64,000 bases of DNA, from NCBI GenBank assembly GCA_903830425.1, contig CAIKTR010000029.1:10396-74395 (forward strand), read 5' to 3'. The translations under genes and the position numbers were made by a program. Shown here in pieces: positions 1 through 9,701 of the stretch (position 1 is the first letter of the stretch; each line of letters begins with the position of its first letter). The notes under the pieces were generated by a model. That model was given only the letters and a program-made list of their open reading frames with translations. It made no database searches and was not told where the DNA came from. The stretch is from an uncultured Opitutia bacterium. GTDB lineage: Bacteria; Verrucomicrobiota; Verrucomicrobiia; Opitutales; Opitutaceae.

Positions 1-98
1 GCGCGGACCACGTCTACCGTCAGGCCATCACGGCCGCCGGCATGGGCTGCGCCGCCGCCATCGAGGCCGAGCGCTGGCTCGCCGAGCACGGGGCCTGA
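1..98 (+). CDS. trxB: thioredoxin-disulfide reductase, C-terminal fragment (gene begins upstream of the window)
   Basis: Reading from nt 3 gives [31 protein letters not shown] followed by TGA at 96-98. This matches the conserved TrxR C-terminus ([15 protein letters not shown]..E.YL). Confidence 0.7.
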   Translation, partial: ADHVYRQAITAAGMGCAAAIEAERWLAEHGA

Positions 99-202
99 CC
101 GGCCGGCCGCCCCTGCCAGCACTCCGGGGTCGCTCCGTTCTCCTCGCCGGGTCCAGCGTGGGCGGCGGCGCGTCATTGCGCTGCTGGAGCGGCGGACCGG
201 AC

Positions 203-236
203 GCAAAAAACGCCGCCCACAGTCGCGGGCGGCGTT
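203..236 (-). terminator. intrinsic terminator downstream of the DUF5069-like gene
   Basis: Perfect 10-bp stem AACGCCGCCC (209-218) / GGGCGGCGTT (227-236) with an 8-nt loop. On the minus strand the stem is followed by a T-run (plus-strand AAAAAA at 205-210). It lies 26 nt past the stop at 262. Confidence 0.7.
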
Positions 237-261
237 GCGAGAAAATCCGGTCCGGCCGGGA

Positions 262-702
262 TTACTTCAGCACGTCGGCGTGGAACTCCTGCCAGCTGTC
301 GAGATCGTTCAGGCGCACGGCGTCCTTGACGGAGCCGTCATCGGGCAGGCCATTGTTCTTGAGGATGCCCTGGCGGGTGGCGTCGTCGTGATTGTAGCCG
401 CGGACGGAGGCGTTGTGTTTCTCGATGGTGGCCGCGTCGAGTTTCACTCCGGGCTGCTGCTTGATCCAGGCCTCGAACTGCGGATAGGTCGGGCGGCTGT
501 TCTTGAGGTAGGCCAGCACGGCGTCGCGGTTCAGGCCGAGGGCATTCAGGGTCATCTGGTCGTAGCCGAGGCCGCAGCCGGGATAGCGGGAGTCGAGCTT
601 GCCGCAGGCTTCGAGCGAGGCCTTGAGCCAGAAGCGGGGTAGATGCAGCACGCCGAGGGGACCGGCGGTGCCGGAGCTGATGAGAGGAACGAACTTGCTC
701 AC
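262..702 (-). CDS. DUF5069-like conserved hypothetical protein
   Basis: 146-aa ORF. SSGTAGPLGVLHLPRFWLK...YPGCGLGYDQMTLNALGL resembles the DUF5069 family as I recall it. A clean terminator follows. Confidence 0.7.
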   Translation of the reverse strand: MSKFVPLISSGTAGPLGVLHLPRFWLKASLEACGKLDSRYPGCGLGYDQMTLNALGLNRDAVLAYLKNSRPTYPQFEAWIKQQPGVKLDAATIEKHNASVRGYNHDDATRQGILKNNGLPDDGSVKDAVRLNDLDSWQEFHADVLK

Positions 703-839
703 GATTTTTTCAGGATTGGGGGTTGGTTGACTGCGGTCGGGTTGACTGCAGGGCCGGCACGTTAGGTGATGAGCCGGGTTTGTCTAGGGCCCGGCGCAGA
801 AATATCCCGCCGCGCGATGTCCTCGACCCCGCCCAGCCG

Positions 840-1388
840 ATGGTATCTGGTCGCCCCATGCCGGCTTTTTCCCGGGGACAACTCCGCCAACTCCACCGCC
901 GCCTCGGCATCCCGGCCGACTATGGCGTGCAGCGGCACCTGCCGTGGCAGCGGGAAGCCGCGCGGCTCGTCACCATCGGCCCGGCGGCCGATGACGGCCA
1001 ACCCGTCCGCCTCGCCCCGCGCGCCGCCGCCGCCTGGGCCCGCATGCAGGCCGCCGCCGCGCGCGAGGGCGTGATCCTGCTCCCGCTCTCCGGCTACCGC
1101 AGCGTCCAGCGCCAGGCAAAAATCGTCCGCGCCAAACTCGCCGCAGGTCACTCCATCGGCCACCTCCTCCGCCTGGTCGCCGCCCCCGGCTGCAGCGAGC
1201 ACCACACCGGCCGCGCACTCGACATCGGATCACCCTCCAACCTCAAACTTGAGGCCGGATTCGGTCGGACCCGGGAGTACCGCTGGCTCAAAGGCCAAGC
1301 CTCCCACTTCGGTTTTCACCTCTCATATCCGCCCAATAATCGCCATGGAATCAGCTATGAGCCATGGCATTGGTGTTTCAATAATTGA
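840..1388 (+). CDS. D-alanyl-D-alanine carboxypeptidase family (VanY / peptidase M15) protein
   Basis: Zn-ligand motifs SEHHTGRALDI and EPWHW near the C-terminus are typical of VanY/M15. The start is uncertain: TTG 723 (ORF maximum), ATG 840 or ATG 858. Confidence 0.75.
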   Translation: MVSGRPMPAFSRGQLRQLHRRLGIPADYGVQRHLPWQREAARLVTIGPAADDGQPVRLAPRAAAAWARMQAAAAREGVILLPLSGYRSVQRQAKIVRAKLAAGHSIGHLLRLVAAPGCSEHHTGRALDIGSPSNLKLEAGFGRTREYRWLKGQASHFGFHLSYPPNNRHGISYEPWHWCFNN

Positions 1389-1404
1389 TATGTAACTGTA
1401 TATA

Positions 1405-1424
1405 AAAGAGATGCAATTCTCTTT
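1405..1424. promoter_or_regulatory. perfect 7+7 palindrome, candidate operator in the AT-rich fur-suf leader region
   Basis: AAAGAGA-TGCAAT-TCTCTTT. It lies in the 97-nt spacer 1389-1485, which I hand-counted at 27 G+C out of 97, in an otherwise very GC-rich window. Confidence 0.4.
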
Positions 1425-1444
1425 GTAATAGGTCTAAATCTCAC

Positions 1445-1473
1445 TTGAAACTTAGAACCATTACAATTATCTA
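1445..1473 (+). promoter_or_regulatory. candidate sigma70-type promoter overlapping a Fur-box-like sequence
   Basis: TTGAAA (1445-1450), a 17-nt spacer, then TATCTA (1468-1473), ending 12 nt before the ATG at 1486. ATTACAATTATC (1460-1471) matches 9 of 12 positions of the ATAATCATTATC part of the classical Fur box. Confidence 0.35.
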
Positions 1474-1485
1474 AATTCTTCGATC

Positions 1486-1932
1486 ATGATTTCAACCGCT
1501 GTCACCACCCCGGACGCCTTGGCCCAACGCCTGGCCAATAGCGGTCTTCGCTTCACGCCGCAGCGTGAGGTCATCTATGACGTGCTCCTCAGCAAGCGCG
1601 ATCACCCCACCGCCGACGAAGTGTATGCCCGGGTGCGCACCGACATGCCGAACATCTCGCTCGCGACGGTCTACAACTGCCTCGAAACCCTCGTGCAGTG
1701 CAATCTGGTCCGGGCGGTCAACTTTGAGCGGGGGCCCACGCGCTACTGCCCCAACCTCCATCCCCACGCCCATTTTCACGACGAACAGAGCGGCTCGACC
1801 CACGACATCGACCTGCCCGCCGAGCTGCTTGAAAAAGTGAGCGCCGTCCTGCCGCCGGGCTACGACGCCAAGTCCGTCGAGATCATTTTCCGCGGCAAGG
1901 CCCAGCCCAGGGTCGACCCGGCCGCCCCCTGA
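1486..1932 (+). CDS. Fur-family metalloregulator (subtype Fur/Zur/PerR not resolvable)
   Basis: The winged-helix N-terminus RFTPQREVIYDVLL..HPTADEVY..ISLATVYNCLETL and the His-rich HPHAHFHDE are typical of the Fur family. No C-terminal CxxC pairs. It sits 26 nt upstream of sufC. Confidence 0.85.
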   Translation: MISTAVTTPDALAQRLANSGLRFTPQREVIYDVLLSKRDHPTADEVYARVRTDMPNISLATVYNCLETLVQCNLVRAVNFERGPTRYCPNLHPHAHFHDEQSGSTHDIDLPAELLEKVSAVLPPGYDAKSVEIIFRGKAQPRVDPAAP

Positions 1933-1958
1933 TTTTCACCCTTTAACCTTCCCCCCGC

Positions 1959-2714
1959 ATGTCCCTGCTCGAAATCAAAGACCTCCACGTCGCCATTGGC
2001 GAGAAACCGATCGTCAAGGGCCTCACCCTCACCGTGCGCAGCGGCGAGGTGCACGCCATCATGGGGCCGAACGGCACCGGCAAGTCCACGCTCGCCAAGG
2101 CCGTGGCCGGCCACCCCAGCTATACCATCACCTCGGGTGACGTGCTGCTCGACGGCCGCTCCCTCCTCGCGATGCAGCCCGACGAGCGCGCCCGCGCCGG
2201 CCTCTTCCTCGCGTTCCAGTACCCCAGCGAGATCCCCGGCGTCTCCATCGCCAACTTCCTCCGCGCCGCGGTCCAGGCCCGCCTCGGCGAGGGCGAGGAA
2301 CTCGACGCCAGCGGCTACTACCGGCGGCTCTACGCCAAGATGGACCTGCTCCAGATCGACCGGAAGTTCACCTCCCGCGCGATCAACGATGGCTTCTCCG
2401 GCGGGGAAAAGAAGCGCTGCGAGATCCTCCAGATGGCCATGCTCGAGCCCCGCTTCGCCCTCATGGACGAGACTGACTCCGGCCTCGACATCGACGCGCT
2501 CCGCATCGTCGCCGACGGCGTCAACGCCCTCCGCCGCACCGACCTCGGCGTCCTCATGATCACCCATTACCAGCGCCTGCTGAGCTACATCGTCCCCGAC
2601 CACGTGCACGTCATGTGGGATGGCCGGATCGTCAAGAGCGGCGACAAGTCCCTCGCCCTCGAGCTCGAGGCCAAGGGCTACGACTGGGTCAAAAACGAAC
2701 TGGTCTCCGCCTAG
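1959..2714 (+). CDS. sufC: Fe-S cluster assembly ATPase SufC
   Basis: Walker [10 protein letters not shown], signature FSGGEKKR, Walker [12 protein letters not shown], and ITHYQRLL, which is typical of SufC. Followed by sufB and sufD. Confidence 0.95.
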   Translation: MSLLEIKDLHVAIGEKPIVKGLTLTVRSGEVHAIMGPNGTGKSTLAKAVAGHPSYTITSGDVLLDGRSLLAMQPDERARAGLFLAFQYPSEIPGVSIANFLRAAVQARLGEGEELDASGYYRRLYAKMDLLQIDRKFTSRAINDGFSGGEKKRCEILQMAMLEPRFALMDETDSGLDIDALRIVADGVNALRRTDLGVLMITHYQRLLSYIVPDHVHVMWDGRIVKSGDKSLALELEAKGYDWVKNELVSA

Positions 2715-2750
2715 GCCCGGCCTCCCGCCGCCCCCCGCGCCCCCTCTGCC

Positions 2751-4208
2751 ATGAGCCTACCTCCCGACGCCGCCACGCTGCCTCCGCCGCTCGACGCTGC
2801 CTCCCCGGCCAATCCGGTCATGGGCATCGACCAGGCCGCCGGCAATTTCAGCTACAAGATGGACTACGAGTTCGACGCGGGCACCGGCCTGTCCGAAAAG
2901 ACCGTCCGCTACATCAGCGCCGTGAAAAAGGAGGCGCCGTGGATCCTCGAGTTCCGCCTGAACGCCCTGCAGCAGTTCCTCGCCAAGCCCCTGCCCACCC
3001 ACTGGGCGACGCCGGACCTCGCCAACATCAACTTCGACAAGATCCGGTACTACCTCGCCAGCGGCCAAAAGCCCAAGCGCACCTGGGACGAGGTGCCGGA
3101 TGACATCAAGCGGACTTTCGAGCGCCTCGGCATCCCGGAGCAGGAGCGCCGCTTCCTCGCCGGGGTCGAGGCCCAGTTCGACTCCGAGGCCGCCTACTCC
3201 AACATCAAGGACGTCGTCGCCAAGCAGGGCGTCATCTTCGCCAACTCCACCGAGGCCCTCCGCGAGCACCCCGAGATTTTCCGCAAGTTCTTCGGCAAGG
3301 TCATCCCCACCGGCGACAACAAGTTCTCGGCCCTCAACAGCGCCGTGTTCTCCGGCGGCTCCTTCATCTACGTCCCCAAGGGCGTGAAGGTCTCCCACCC
3401 GCTGCAGGCCTACTTCCGCATCAACGCCGAGAACTTCGGCCAGTTCGAGCGCACCCTCATCATCGCCGACGAGGGCTCCGAGCTCACCTACATGGAGGGC
3501 TGCACCGCACCGAAATTCTCCACCTCGACCCTCCACTCCGCCGTGGTCGAGCTCGTCGCCCTCAAGGGCGCCAAGATCCAGTACATCACCGTCCAGAACT
3601 GGGCCAACAACGTCTTCAACCTCGTCACCAAGCGCGGCGTCGCCCACGAGGAGGCCGAGATCAAGTGGATCGACTGCAACATCGGCAGCCGCCTCACGAT
3701 GAAGTACCCCGGCGTCGTCCTCAAGGGCCGCAAGGCCCGCGGCGAGGTCATCTCCATCGCCCTCGCCAACGACGGCCAGCACCAGGACACCGGCGCCAAG
3801 ATGATCCACGCCGCCGACGAGACGACCTCCAACATCGTCGCCAAGTCCATCTCCGTCGGCCAGGGCCGCAGCACCTACCGCGGCGTCGTGCACATTCCCA
3901 AGCACCTCAAGGGCTGCAAAAACAACACCGAGTGTGACGCGCTCCTGATCAACACCAACAGCCGCACCGACACCTACCCCGCCATCACCGTCCGCGGCGA
4001 CGCCAACAGCGTCCAGCACGAGGCGAGCGTCTCCAAGGTCAGCGAGGAGCAGATTTTCTACATGCAGCAGCGCGGCCTCACCGAGGGCCAGGCCATGAGC
4101 CTCTCGGTCAACGGCTTCGTCAACGACCTCGCGAGCCAGTTTCCCATGGAGTATTCCGTCGAGCTGAAGCGCCTCATCGACCTCGAGATGGAGGGCTCGG
4201 TCGGCTGA
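2751..4208 (+). CDS. sufB: Fe-S cluster assembly scaffold protein SufB
   Basis: 485 aa. The conserved SufB core is present ([66 protein letters not shown]). Confidence 0.95.
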   Translation: MSLPPDAATLPPPLDAASPANPVMGIDQAAGNFSYKMDYEFDAGTGLSEKTVRYISAVKKEAPWILEFRLNALQQFLAKPLPTHWATPDLANINFDKIRYYLASGQKPKRTWDEVPDDIKRTFERLGIPEQERRFLAGVEAQFDSEAAYSNIKDVVAKQGVIFANSTEALREHPEIFRKFFGKVIPTGDNKFSALNSAVFSGGSFIYVPKGVKVSHPLQAYFRINAENFGQFERTLIIADEGSELTYMEGCTAPKFSTSTLHSAVVELVALKGAKIQYITVQNWANNVFNLVTKRGVAHEEAEIKWIDCNIGSRLTMKYPGVVLKGRKARGEVISIALANDGQHQDTGAKMIHAADETTSNIVAKSISVGQGRSTYRGVVHIPKHLKGCKNNTECDALLINTNSRTDTYPAITVRGDANSVQHEASVSKVSEEQIFYMQQRGLTEGQAMSLSVNGFVNDLASQFPMEYSVELKRLIDLEMEGSVG

Positions 4209-4262
4209 CGCCGACGCGCCCCGGATCCCGGCCGCCCTCCCCTCCCTCTCCGCCCTTCTCCG

Positions 4263-5579
4263 ATGTCCTCTCTGACTGAAACCAACCGCCTCGTGGGCAG
4301 CTTCACGCCCGAGTTCTTTGCCGCGCACCTGGCCTCCGTCTCGCACCTGCCGGGGTGGTGGCTCGACCGCAAGCGCGCGGCCTACGAGCAGTTCGCCTCG
4401 CTCCCCCTGCCGCGGCGCACGGACGAGTCCTGGCGCTTCGCCACGCTCGCCGGGCTCCGGCTCGACGGCTATTGCCGGCCGGCCCCGGTCGCCCGCGCCG
4501 ACCTGGCCCACGCCCCCGTCGAGCTCGCCCAGTCCGGCCAGCTGCTGTTCGCCAACAACCGCCTCGTGGCCCGGGAAAACCTGGCCGCCGGTCTCGCGGA
4601 ACGCGGGGTGATCTTCGACACGCTCCACCACGCCCTGCAGCACCACGGCGACCTGGTGCAGGCGCACCTCCTCGCGCAGCCGGTGCCCCCGGGCGCCGAG
4701 AAGTTCACCGCCCTGCACACCGCCCTGCTCGACGACGGCGCCTTCCTCTACCTGCCGCGCGGCGTCGACCTCCCCGCCCCCCTCGTCGTGCTGCATTACG
4801 CCCACGGCGCCGGCGCCGCCGTTTTCCCCCACACCCTCGTCATCGCCGAGCAGGACACCCGGGCCACCCTCGTCGACTGCTTCCGCTCGTCCGGCGCCGA
4901 CCGCCACTTCGCCTGCGGCCGCAACGACCTCCACGCCGGCCACGGCGCCCAGCTCACCTACGCCGCCGCCCAGACCTGGTCGCGCGAGACGCTCTCCTTC
5001 CAGTCCAACGCCACGGTCGTGCGCCGCGACGCCCGCGTCCAGTCGCTCAACCTCCACCTCGGCGGCCGGCAGTCGCGGCACGAGAGCCACAGCCAGCTCC
5101 AGGCCCCCGGCGCCCAGAGCGAAATGCTCGCCCTCACCGTCGCCCACGGCCAGCAGGAGTTCGACCAGCGCACCCTCCAGACCCACCAGGCGCCGCACAC
5201 CAGCTCCAACCTGCTCTACAAAAACGCCCTCCTCGACCAGGCGAAGACCATCTTCTCGGGGCTGATCGTCGTCGACGCCGACGCGCAGAAGACCGACGCC
5301 TACCAGAGCAACCGCAACCTGATGCTCAGCGACGACGCCGAGGCGAACTCGCTCCCCGGCCTCGAGATCCAGGCCAACGACGTCCGCTGCTCCCACGGCG
5401 CCACCAGCAGCCGGATCGACCCCGAGCAGGAGTTCTATCTCCAGGCCCGCGGCATCCGCAAGGGCGACGCCGACGAGCTCCTCACCTTCGGCTTCTTCGA
5501 GGAGGTCCTCAGCCAGCTCGCCAGCGAGGCGCTGCACGACTCCTTCCGCGACCTGATCAAGGCGAAATTCCGGAAATAG
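4263..5579 (+). CDS. sufD: Fe-S cluster assembly protein SufD
   Basis: 438 aa. SufBD-fold C-terminus (NDVRCSHGATSSRIDPEQEFYLQARGI) with a divergent N-terminus, immediately after sufB. Confidence 0.9.
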   Translation: MSSLTETNRLVGSFTPEFFAAHLASVSHLPGWWLDRKRAAYEQFASLPLPRRTDESWRFATLAGLRLDGYCRPAPVARADLAHAPVELAQSGQLLFANNRLVARENLAAGLAERGVIFDTLHHALQHHGDLVQAHLLAQPVPPGAEKFTALHTALLDDGAFLYLPRGVDLPAPLVVLHYAHGAGAAVFPHTLVIAEQDTRATLVDCFRSSGADRHFACGRNDLHAGHGAQLTYAAAQTWSRETLSFQSNATVVRRDARVQSLNLHLGGRQSRHESHSQLQAPGAQSEMLALTVAHGQQEFDQRTLQTHQAPHTSSNLLYKNALLDQAKTIFSGLIVVDADAQKTDAYQSNRNLMLSDDAEANSLPGLEIQANDVRCSHGATSSRIDPEQEFYLQARGIRKGDADELLTFGFFEEVLSQLASEALHDSFRDLIKAKFRK

Positions 5580-5651
5580 TCGCCCCCCCCGGGCCGGGCA
5601 TTTCTGGATCGCCCCCGCCCCCCGGCTTGCTACTCACTTCTCGCCTACCGC

Positions 5652-6194
5652 ATGAACACCGACCGCCTCCTCTCCCGTGAGGTCACCGCCACGCAGATTC
5701 CCTCCGGCGACAAGACGCCCCTCGCGGCGGGCACCCGCGTCACCCTCACCCAGACCCTCGGCGGCACCTACACCGTGTCCACCGACTTCGGCCTCTTCCG
5801 CATCGAGGCCAAGGACGGCGACGCCCTCGGCGAGACCGTGGTCGCCCCCGCCGTCCAGGCCGCCACGCTCGCCGGCGGCGCCCCCGACCCCGAGGCCATC
5901 TGGACGCAGCTGCGCCACGTCTTTGATCCCGAGATTCCCGTCAACATCGTCGACCTCGGCCTGGTCTATTCGATGGACGTGTCGGGCGACGCCGCCGCCG
6001 GCTTCAAGGTGGATGTGGCCATGACCCTCACCGCCCCGGGCTGCGGCATGGGCCCGGCGATCGCCGAGGATGCCAAGACCAAGATTCTCCTCGTGCCGGG
6101 CGTCGCCAACGCCGACGTCCGCATCACGTGGGAGCCGGCCTGGAACCAGTCCATGATCAGCGAAGAGGGCAAGATGAAGCTCGGCCTGATCTGA
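5652..6194 (+). CDS. sufT: SUF-system Fe-S assembly protein, SufT-like (DUF59/MIP18 domain)
   Basis: 180 aa. The C-terminal DUF59 signature DPEIPVNIVDLGLVY ... TLTAPGCGMGP is present. It is the last gene of the suf string. Confidence 0.8.
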   Translation: MNTDRLLSREVTATQIPSGDKTPLAAGTRVTLTQTLGGTYTVSTDFGLFRIEAKDGDALGETVVAPAVQAATLAGGAPDPEAIWTQLRHVFDPEIPVNIVDLGLVYSMDVSGDAAAGFKVDVAMTLTAPGCGMGPAIAEDAKTKILLVPGVANADVRITWEPAWNQSMISEEGKMKLGLI

Positions 6195-6208
6195 CCGGCC
6201 GGGCCGCG

Positions 6209-7879
6209 CTACCGCCCGGCCCCCGGCCCCGGAGTTGCCGCCGCCGGCGGCGTCGGCTTCGGCCGCCAGACCCGCACCGGGCTGTGCCCGAAATAGGTGT
6301 AATAGTCCACCTGCTCGACCTTGTCATAGTGCTTCCGGAGCAGCTCCGCGCTGCAGAAATAGGGGTCGTCGAACTCGGTCAGCACCAGGCCGTAGGTCCG
6401 CGCCTCGACCTTCGTCCGCACCTCGGCCTCCGTCTCCTCATACTTCCGCGCCAGCGCGCCGACCGCCGGGTCGTGCACCGCGCGGTCGTCCGCAAAGGCG
6501 AACCCCATGAACATGGTGTTGCCGTTGTGCAGCACCCGGCGGCTGTCGCGCTCGAAGATATCCGCCACGGACGCGATGCCCAGCACCTCGCGGTGGGTGT
6601 CAAACACCAGCCGCTCCAGCCGCCGGTAGGGCGCCACCGAGTCCGGCACGTCCGGCCGGTCCACCCAGGCCAGGAAAAATCCGATCAGCAGGAGCCCGCA
6701 GGCGATCCGCAGCCACCGGTGACCGACCGCCTGCGCCGCCAGCACGAAGAGCAGCGGCATGAGCAGGTGGAGGTGATAGGTGAAATACGCGCCGGCGTTG
6801 CGGCCCATGTAAAAGTACACCACGGCGAGAAAGATGACGAACACCGCGGCCAGCGCCACGTGGCGCAGTTCGTCGCGCCGGAAGAGTTCAACCGGGCGGC
6901 CGGTGCGCGCCGCCTCCCGCCGGGCCCGCCGCCGCCGCCAGAACCAGCCGGCCAGCCCGCCCAGCACCATCAGGCCGAACGGCCAGCCCCGCTCAAACAG
7001 CATGATCGTGTGCATGATCGAGATGTCATCGCGTGAATTCACGAGGGCTCCGCCCCGCTGCACGATGATCGTCTCGATGAAGAAATAGGGGTAGAGATAG
7101 CAGGAAATCCCGAACGTCAGCCCCACCAGGGCGAAATACCCGACGCCCAGCCAGCAGGCCTCCCGCCGGTCGCGCACCAGAAAATGCCCCAGCAGCGTCG
7201 CGCAGCCCGCGAGGGCGAAATACGACTTCGCATTGAAGGCGACCAGGGCGCAGACCAGCCCGAAGACCGTCGACCCCAGGCTGTAGTTGCGCTCCCACGG
7301 GATCAGGATGCCCAGCAGGAAGAAAAACAGGCCGAGCGTGTCGGGCCGGGCCGTGATCTCAATATTGTTCAGGCTCAGCCAATAGTAGAAAACCACGGAG
7401 AGCACCGCGATGCCCAGGCCCGCCCCCGTCCGCTGCATCGCCCGCAGCATCACCCCGAGCGAGCCCAGCAGGAAGATCAGCACCACCATGCGGTGCGCCG
7501 GATAGTCGAGCCCGAGCAGCGGCTTGCAGGCCAGGACCACATAGTTGTAGAGCGGCCCGAAGCAGTAGGCCCCGCCCGGCAGTTCCTCGATGGTGTAGGG
7601 ATTGCGGCCGTGGTCCAGCTGCCAGGTCGCGTGCCAGATGGCCGGCTCGTTGAACTCCTGCGGGCCCGGCTGGGTGATGATCTTGAAATGGACGAAGAGC
7701 AGCGCGAGGAACATCACCCCCCCGATGGCGACGCCCGCCAGGTTCACCGCCTGGGCCAGGTGCTCGACCGAGCGCCGCCGCCAGCAGCTGCGCAGCCAGG
7801 CCGGCAGGCCGGTCAGACCAGCCCGCAGGCTGGCCGGCAGGGCGGCAAACTGGACGACGGATTTCCCAAGCTTCAGCAT
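6209..7879 (-). CDS. polytopic membrane protein, GT-C/PMT_2 (ArnT-like) glycosyltransferase look-alike
   Basis: Roughly a dozen hydrophobic segments followed by a soluble C-terminal domain. The start is placed at MLKLGK (7879) rather than the ORF maximum 7933. The family call is tentative and made by eye only. Confidence 0.6.
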   Translation of the reverse strand: MLKLGKSVVQFAALPASLRAGLTGLPAWLRSCWRRRSVEHLAQAVNLAGVAIGGVMFLALLFVHFKIITQPGPQEFNEPAIWHATWQLDHGRNPYTIEELPGGAYCFGPLYNYVVLACKPLLGLDYPAHRMVVLIFLLGSLGVMLRAMQRTGAGLGIAVLSVVFYYWLSLNNIEITARPDTLGLFFFLLGILIPWERNYSLGSTVFGLVCALVAFNAKSYFALAGCATLLGHFLVRDRREACWLGVGYFALVGLTFGISCYLYPYFFIETIIVQRGGALVNSRDDISIMHTIMLFERGWPFGLMVLGGLAGWFWRRRRARREAARTGRPVELFRRDELRHVALAAVFVIFLAVVYFYMGRNAGAYFTYHLHLLMPLLFVLAAQAVGHRWLRIACGLLLIGFFLAWVDRPDVPDSVAPYRRLERLVFDTHREVLGIASVADIFERDSRRVLHNGNTMFMGFAFADDRAVHDPAVGALARKYEETEAEVRTKVEARTYGLVLTEFDDPYFCSAELLRKHYDKVEQVDYYTYFGHSPVRVWRPKPTPPAAATPGPGAGR

Positions 7880-7961
7880 AGGCGGCGGGTGACGGTGCGG
7901 GCGACAGTTTCTCGGCCGACCGCCCCGAGGCAATGGCGAATGCCGGCCGCCGCGGGCGCGC

Positions 7962-9596
7962 TCAGCCGGACAGCGGCAGGAAGGCCCACTGGGATCCGGA
8001 GAAGAGGCCGCGGTCGCTGAGCTTCAGGTCGGGAATGACCAGCAGGGCCATGAACGACAGGGTCATGAAGGGTGCGTCCAGCCGCGACCCCAGCTGCTTC
8101 GCCCGGGCATCCAGCGCCGTGTACCGCCGCGCGACCGTCCGGCCGTCCCGGTCCGACATCAGCCCGGCGATCGGCAGCGGCAGCACCGCCCGCCGCCCTT
8201 CCCCGACCACGCTGAGCCCGCCGCGCTGCGCGATCACCAGGTTCACCGCGGCCGCGAGCGAGGCGTCGTCCACGCCCACCGCCACGATGTTGTGCGAGTC
8301 GTGGGCCACCGACGAGGCCAGCGCCCCCGCCCGCAGGCCGAACCCCCGGACGAAGCCCAGCGCGACGGGCGCCTGCGGCGCATAGCGGTTGACGACCGCG
8401 ATCTTCAGCAGGTCCCGGGCGGGATCGGCGACCGCCTGGCCGGCCCGCACCTGGGCGCGCAGCCGCCGGTGGCGGGTGATCAGCTGTCCATTGCACGCCT
8501 CGATCACGTTGAGCCGCCCCCGGCCCGCCGGCACCGCAAAATCCGCGGGGCGCCGCGGGCGGGCGCGAAACTGGTTCACCACGGGGGACGGCTGGCGCGG
8601 CAGCCGGCTGCGGCCGCGCGCGGCCACCAGCCGGCCCGCGAGCCAGGTGCGGCGCACGCGGAAATCCTCCCAGCTTTCCACCTCGATGAAGTCCGCCGGA
8701 TCGCCCGGCTGCAGCAGGCCCACGTCGAGGCCGTAGTGCCGCACCGGGTTGACCGAGGCGCAGGCCAGCACGTCGAACCGGTCGATGCCCAGCGCGAGGG
8801 CGCGGCGGACGTGCTCGTCGAGGTGCCGCACCTGCAGCAGGTCCGGATGCAGGTCGTCGCAGCAGAACATGCACCGGTCGGCGGCGGTCCGGAGCAGCGG
8901 CGCCAGGGCGGCGAAATTCCGCGCCGCCGAGCCCTCGCGGATCAGCACCTTCATGCCGGCCGCCAGCTTGTCCTGCGCCTCCGCCAGCGTGAAGCACTCG
9001 TGGTCGGTCGTGATGCCCGCCGCGGCGTAGCGCGCCGCGTCCCGGCCCCGCAGGCCCGGCGCGTGGCCATCCACCGGCTTGCCCAGCTTTTTCGCGGCGG
9101 CCATCATGGCGCCGAGCGACGGGTCGCGGTTCAGCACGCCGGGGAAGTTCATCACCTCGGCCAGGAACCTCACCTCGGGCCGCGCCAGCAGCCGGCCCAC
9201 CGCCCGGGCGTCCAGCGCCGCGCCCGCCGTCTCAAACGCCGTCGCCGGCACGCACGACGGCGCCCCGAAGTAGAACTTGAACGGCGTCCGGCGGCCGTCC
9301 GCGATCATGTAGCGGACCCCCGCCGCGCCCAGGACGTTGGCAATCTCATGCGGGTCGGACACCGTCGCCACCGTCCCGTGCACCACCGCCTGGCGGGCAA
9401 ATTCCGCCGGCGGCAGCAGGGAGCTCTCAATGTGTATGTGGGCGTCGACCAGCCCCGGCAGCAGCAGGTGCCGCCCGCGGACCCGGCCGTCCCGGATGAT
9501 CCGGCGGATGCGCCCCGCCTCCACCTCGACCGTGCCGGGAAACTCCGTGCGCTGGATCACGTCGACGATGCGGCCCGAGAAATGCTGGACGCTCAT
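7962..9596 (-). CDS. ade: adenine deaminase
   Basis: PGLVDAHIHIESSLL and GTVATVSDPHEIANV are hallmark adenine deaminase (amidohydrolase) motifs. The start is placed at MSVQHFSGRIVDV (9596); the ORF maximum is 9707. Confidence 0.9.
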   Translation of the reverse strand: MSVQHFSGRIVDVIQRTEFPGTVEVEAGRIRRIIRDGRVRGRHLLLPGLVDAHIHIESSLLPPAEFARQAVVHGTVATVSDPHEIANVLGAAGVRYMIADGRRTPFKFYFGAPSCVPATAFETAGAALDARAVGRLLARPEVRFLAEVMNFPGVLNRDPSLGAMMAAAKKLGKPVDGHAPGLRGRDAARYAAAGITTDHECFTLAEAQDKLAAGMKVLIREGSAARNFAALAPLLRTAADRCMFCCDDLHPDLLQVRHLDEHVRRALALGIDRFDVLACASVNPVRHYGLDVGLLQPGDPADFIEVESWEDFRVRRTWLAGRLVAARGRSRLPRQPSPVVNQFRARPRRPADFAVPAGRGRLNVIEACNGQLITRHRRLRAQVRAGQAVADPARDLLKIAVVNRYAPQAPVALGFVRGFGLRAGALASSVAHDSHNIVAVGVDDASLAAAVNLVIAQRGGLSVVGEGRRAVLPLPIAGLMSDRDGRTVARRYTALDARAKQLGSRLDAPFMTLSFMALLVIPDLKLSDRGLFSGSQWAFLPLSG

Positions 9597-9701
9597 GCCC
9601 TCCAGCTTGGGGTGCGGACGCCCCCGATGGCAACCCCGGGCGACCGGGGAAACGGCCAAACCACTTGCCAACCGGACGAAGCCAGCCAACCATCCGGACC
9701 T

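Noticed and set aside
2757-5537. 926-aa ORF antisense to sufB/sufD. Similar very long antisense or out-of-frame ORFs occur elsewhere, for example 29071..32754 (1227 aa), 33954..35921 (655 aa), 37884..40103 (739 aa), 19884..21752, 21707..23575, 43136..45616 and 4355..5680.
   Set aside because: They are extremely Gly/Ala/Glu/Arg/Pro/Val-rich low-complexity translations with no motifs. Each lies opposite or out of frame to a gene with unmistakable conserved motifs. This is the expected stop-codon-poor shadow effect in very GC-rich DNA.
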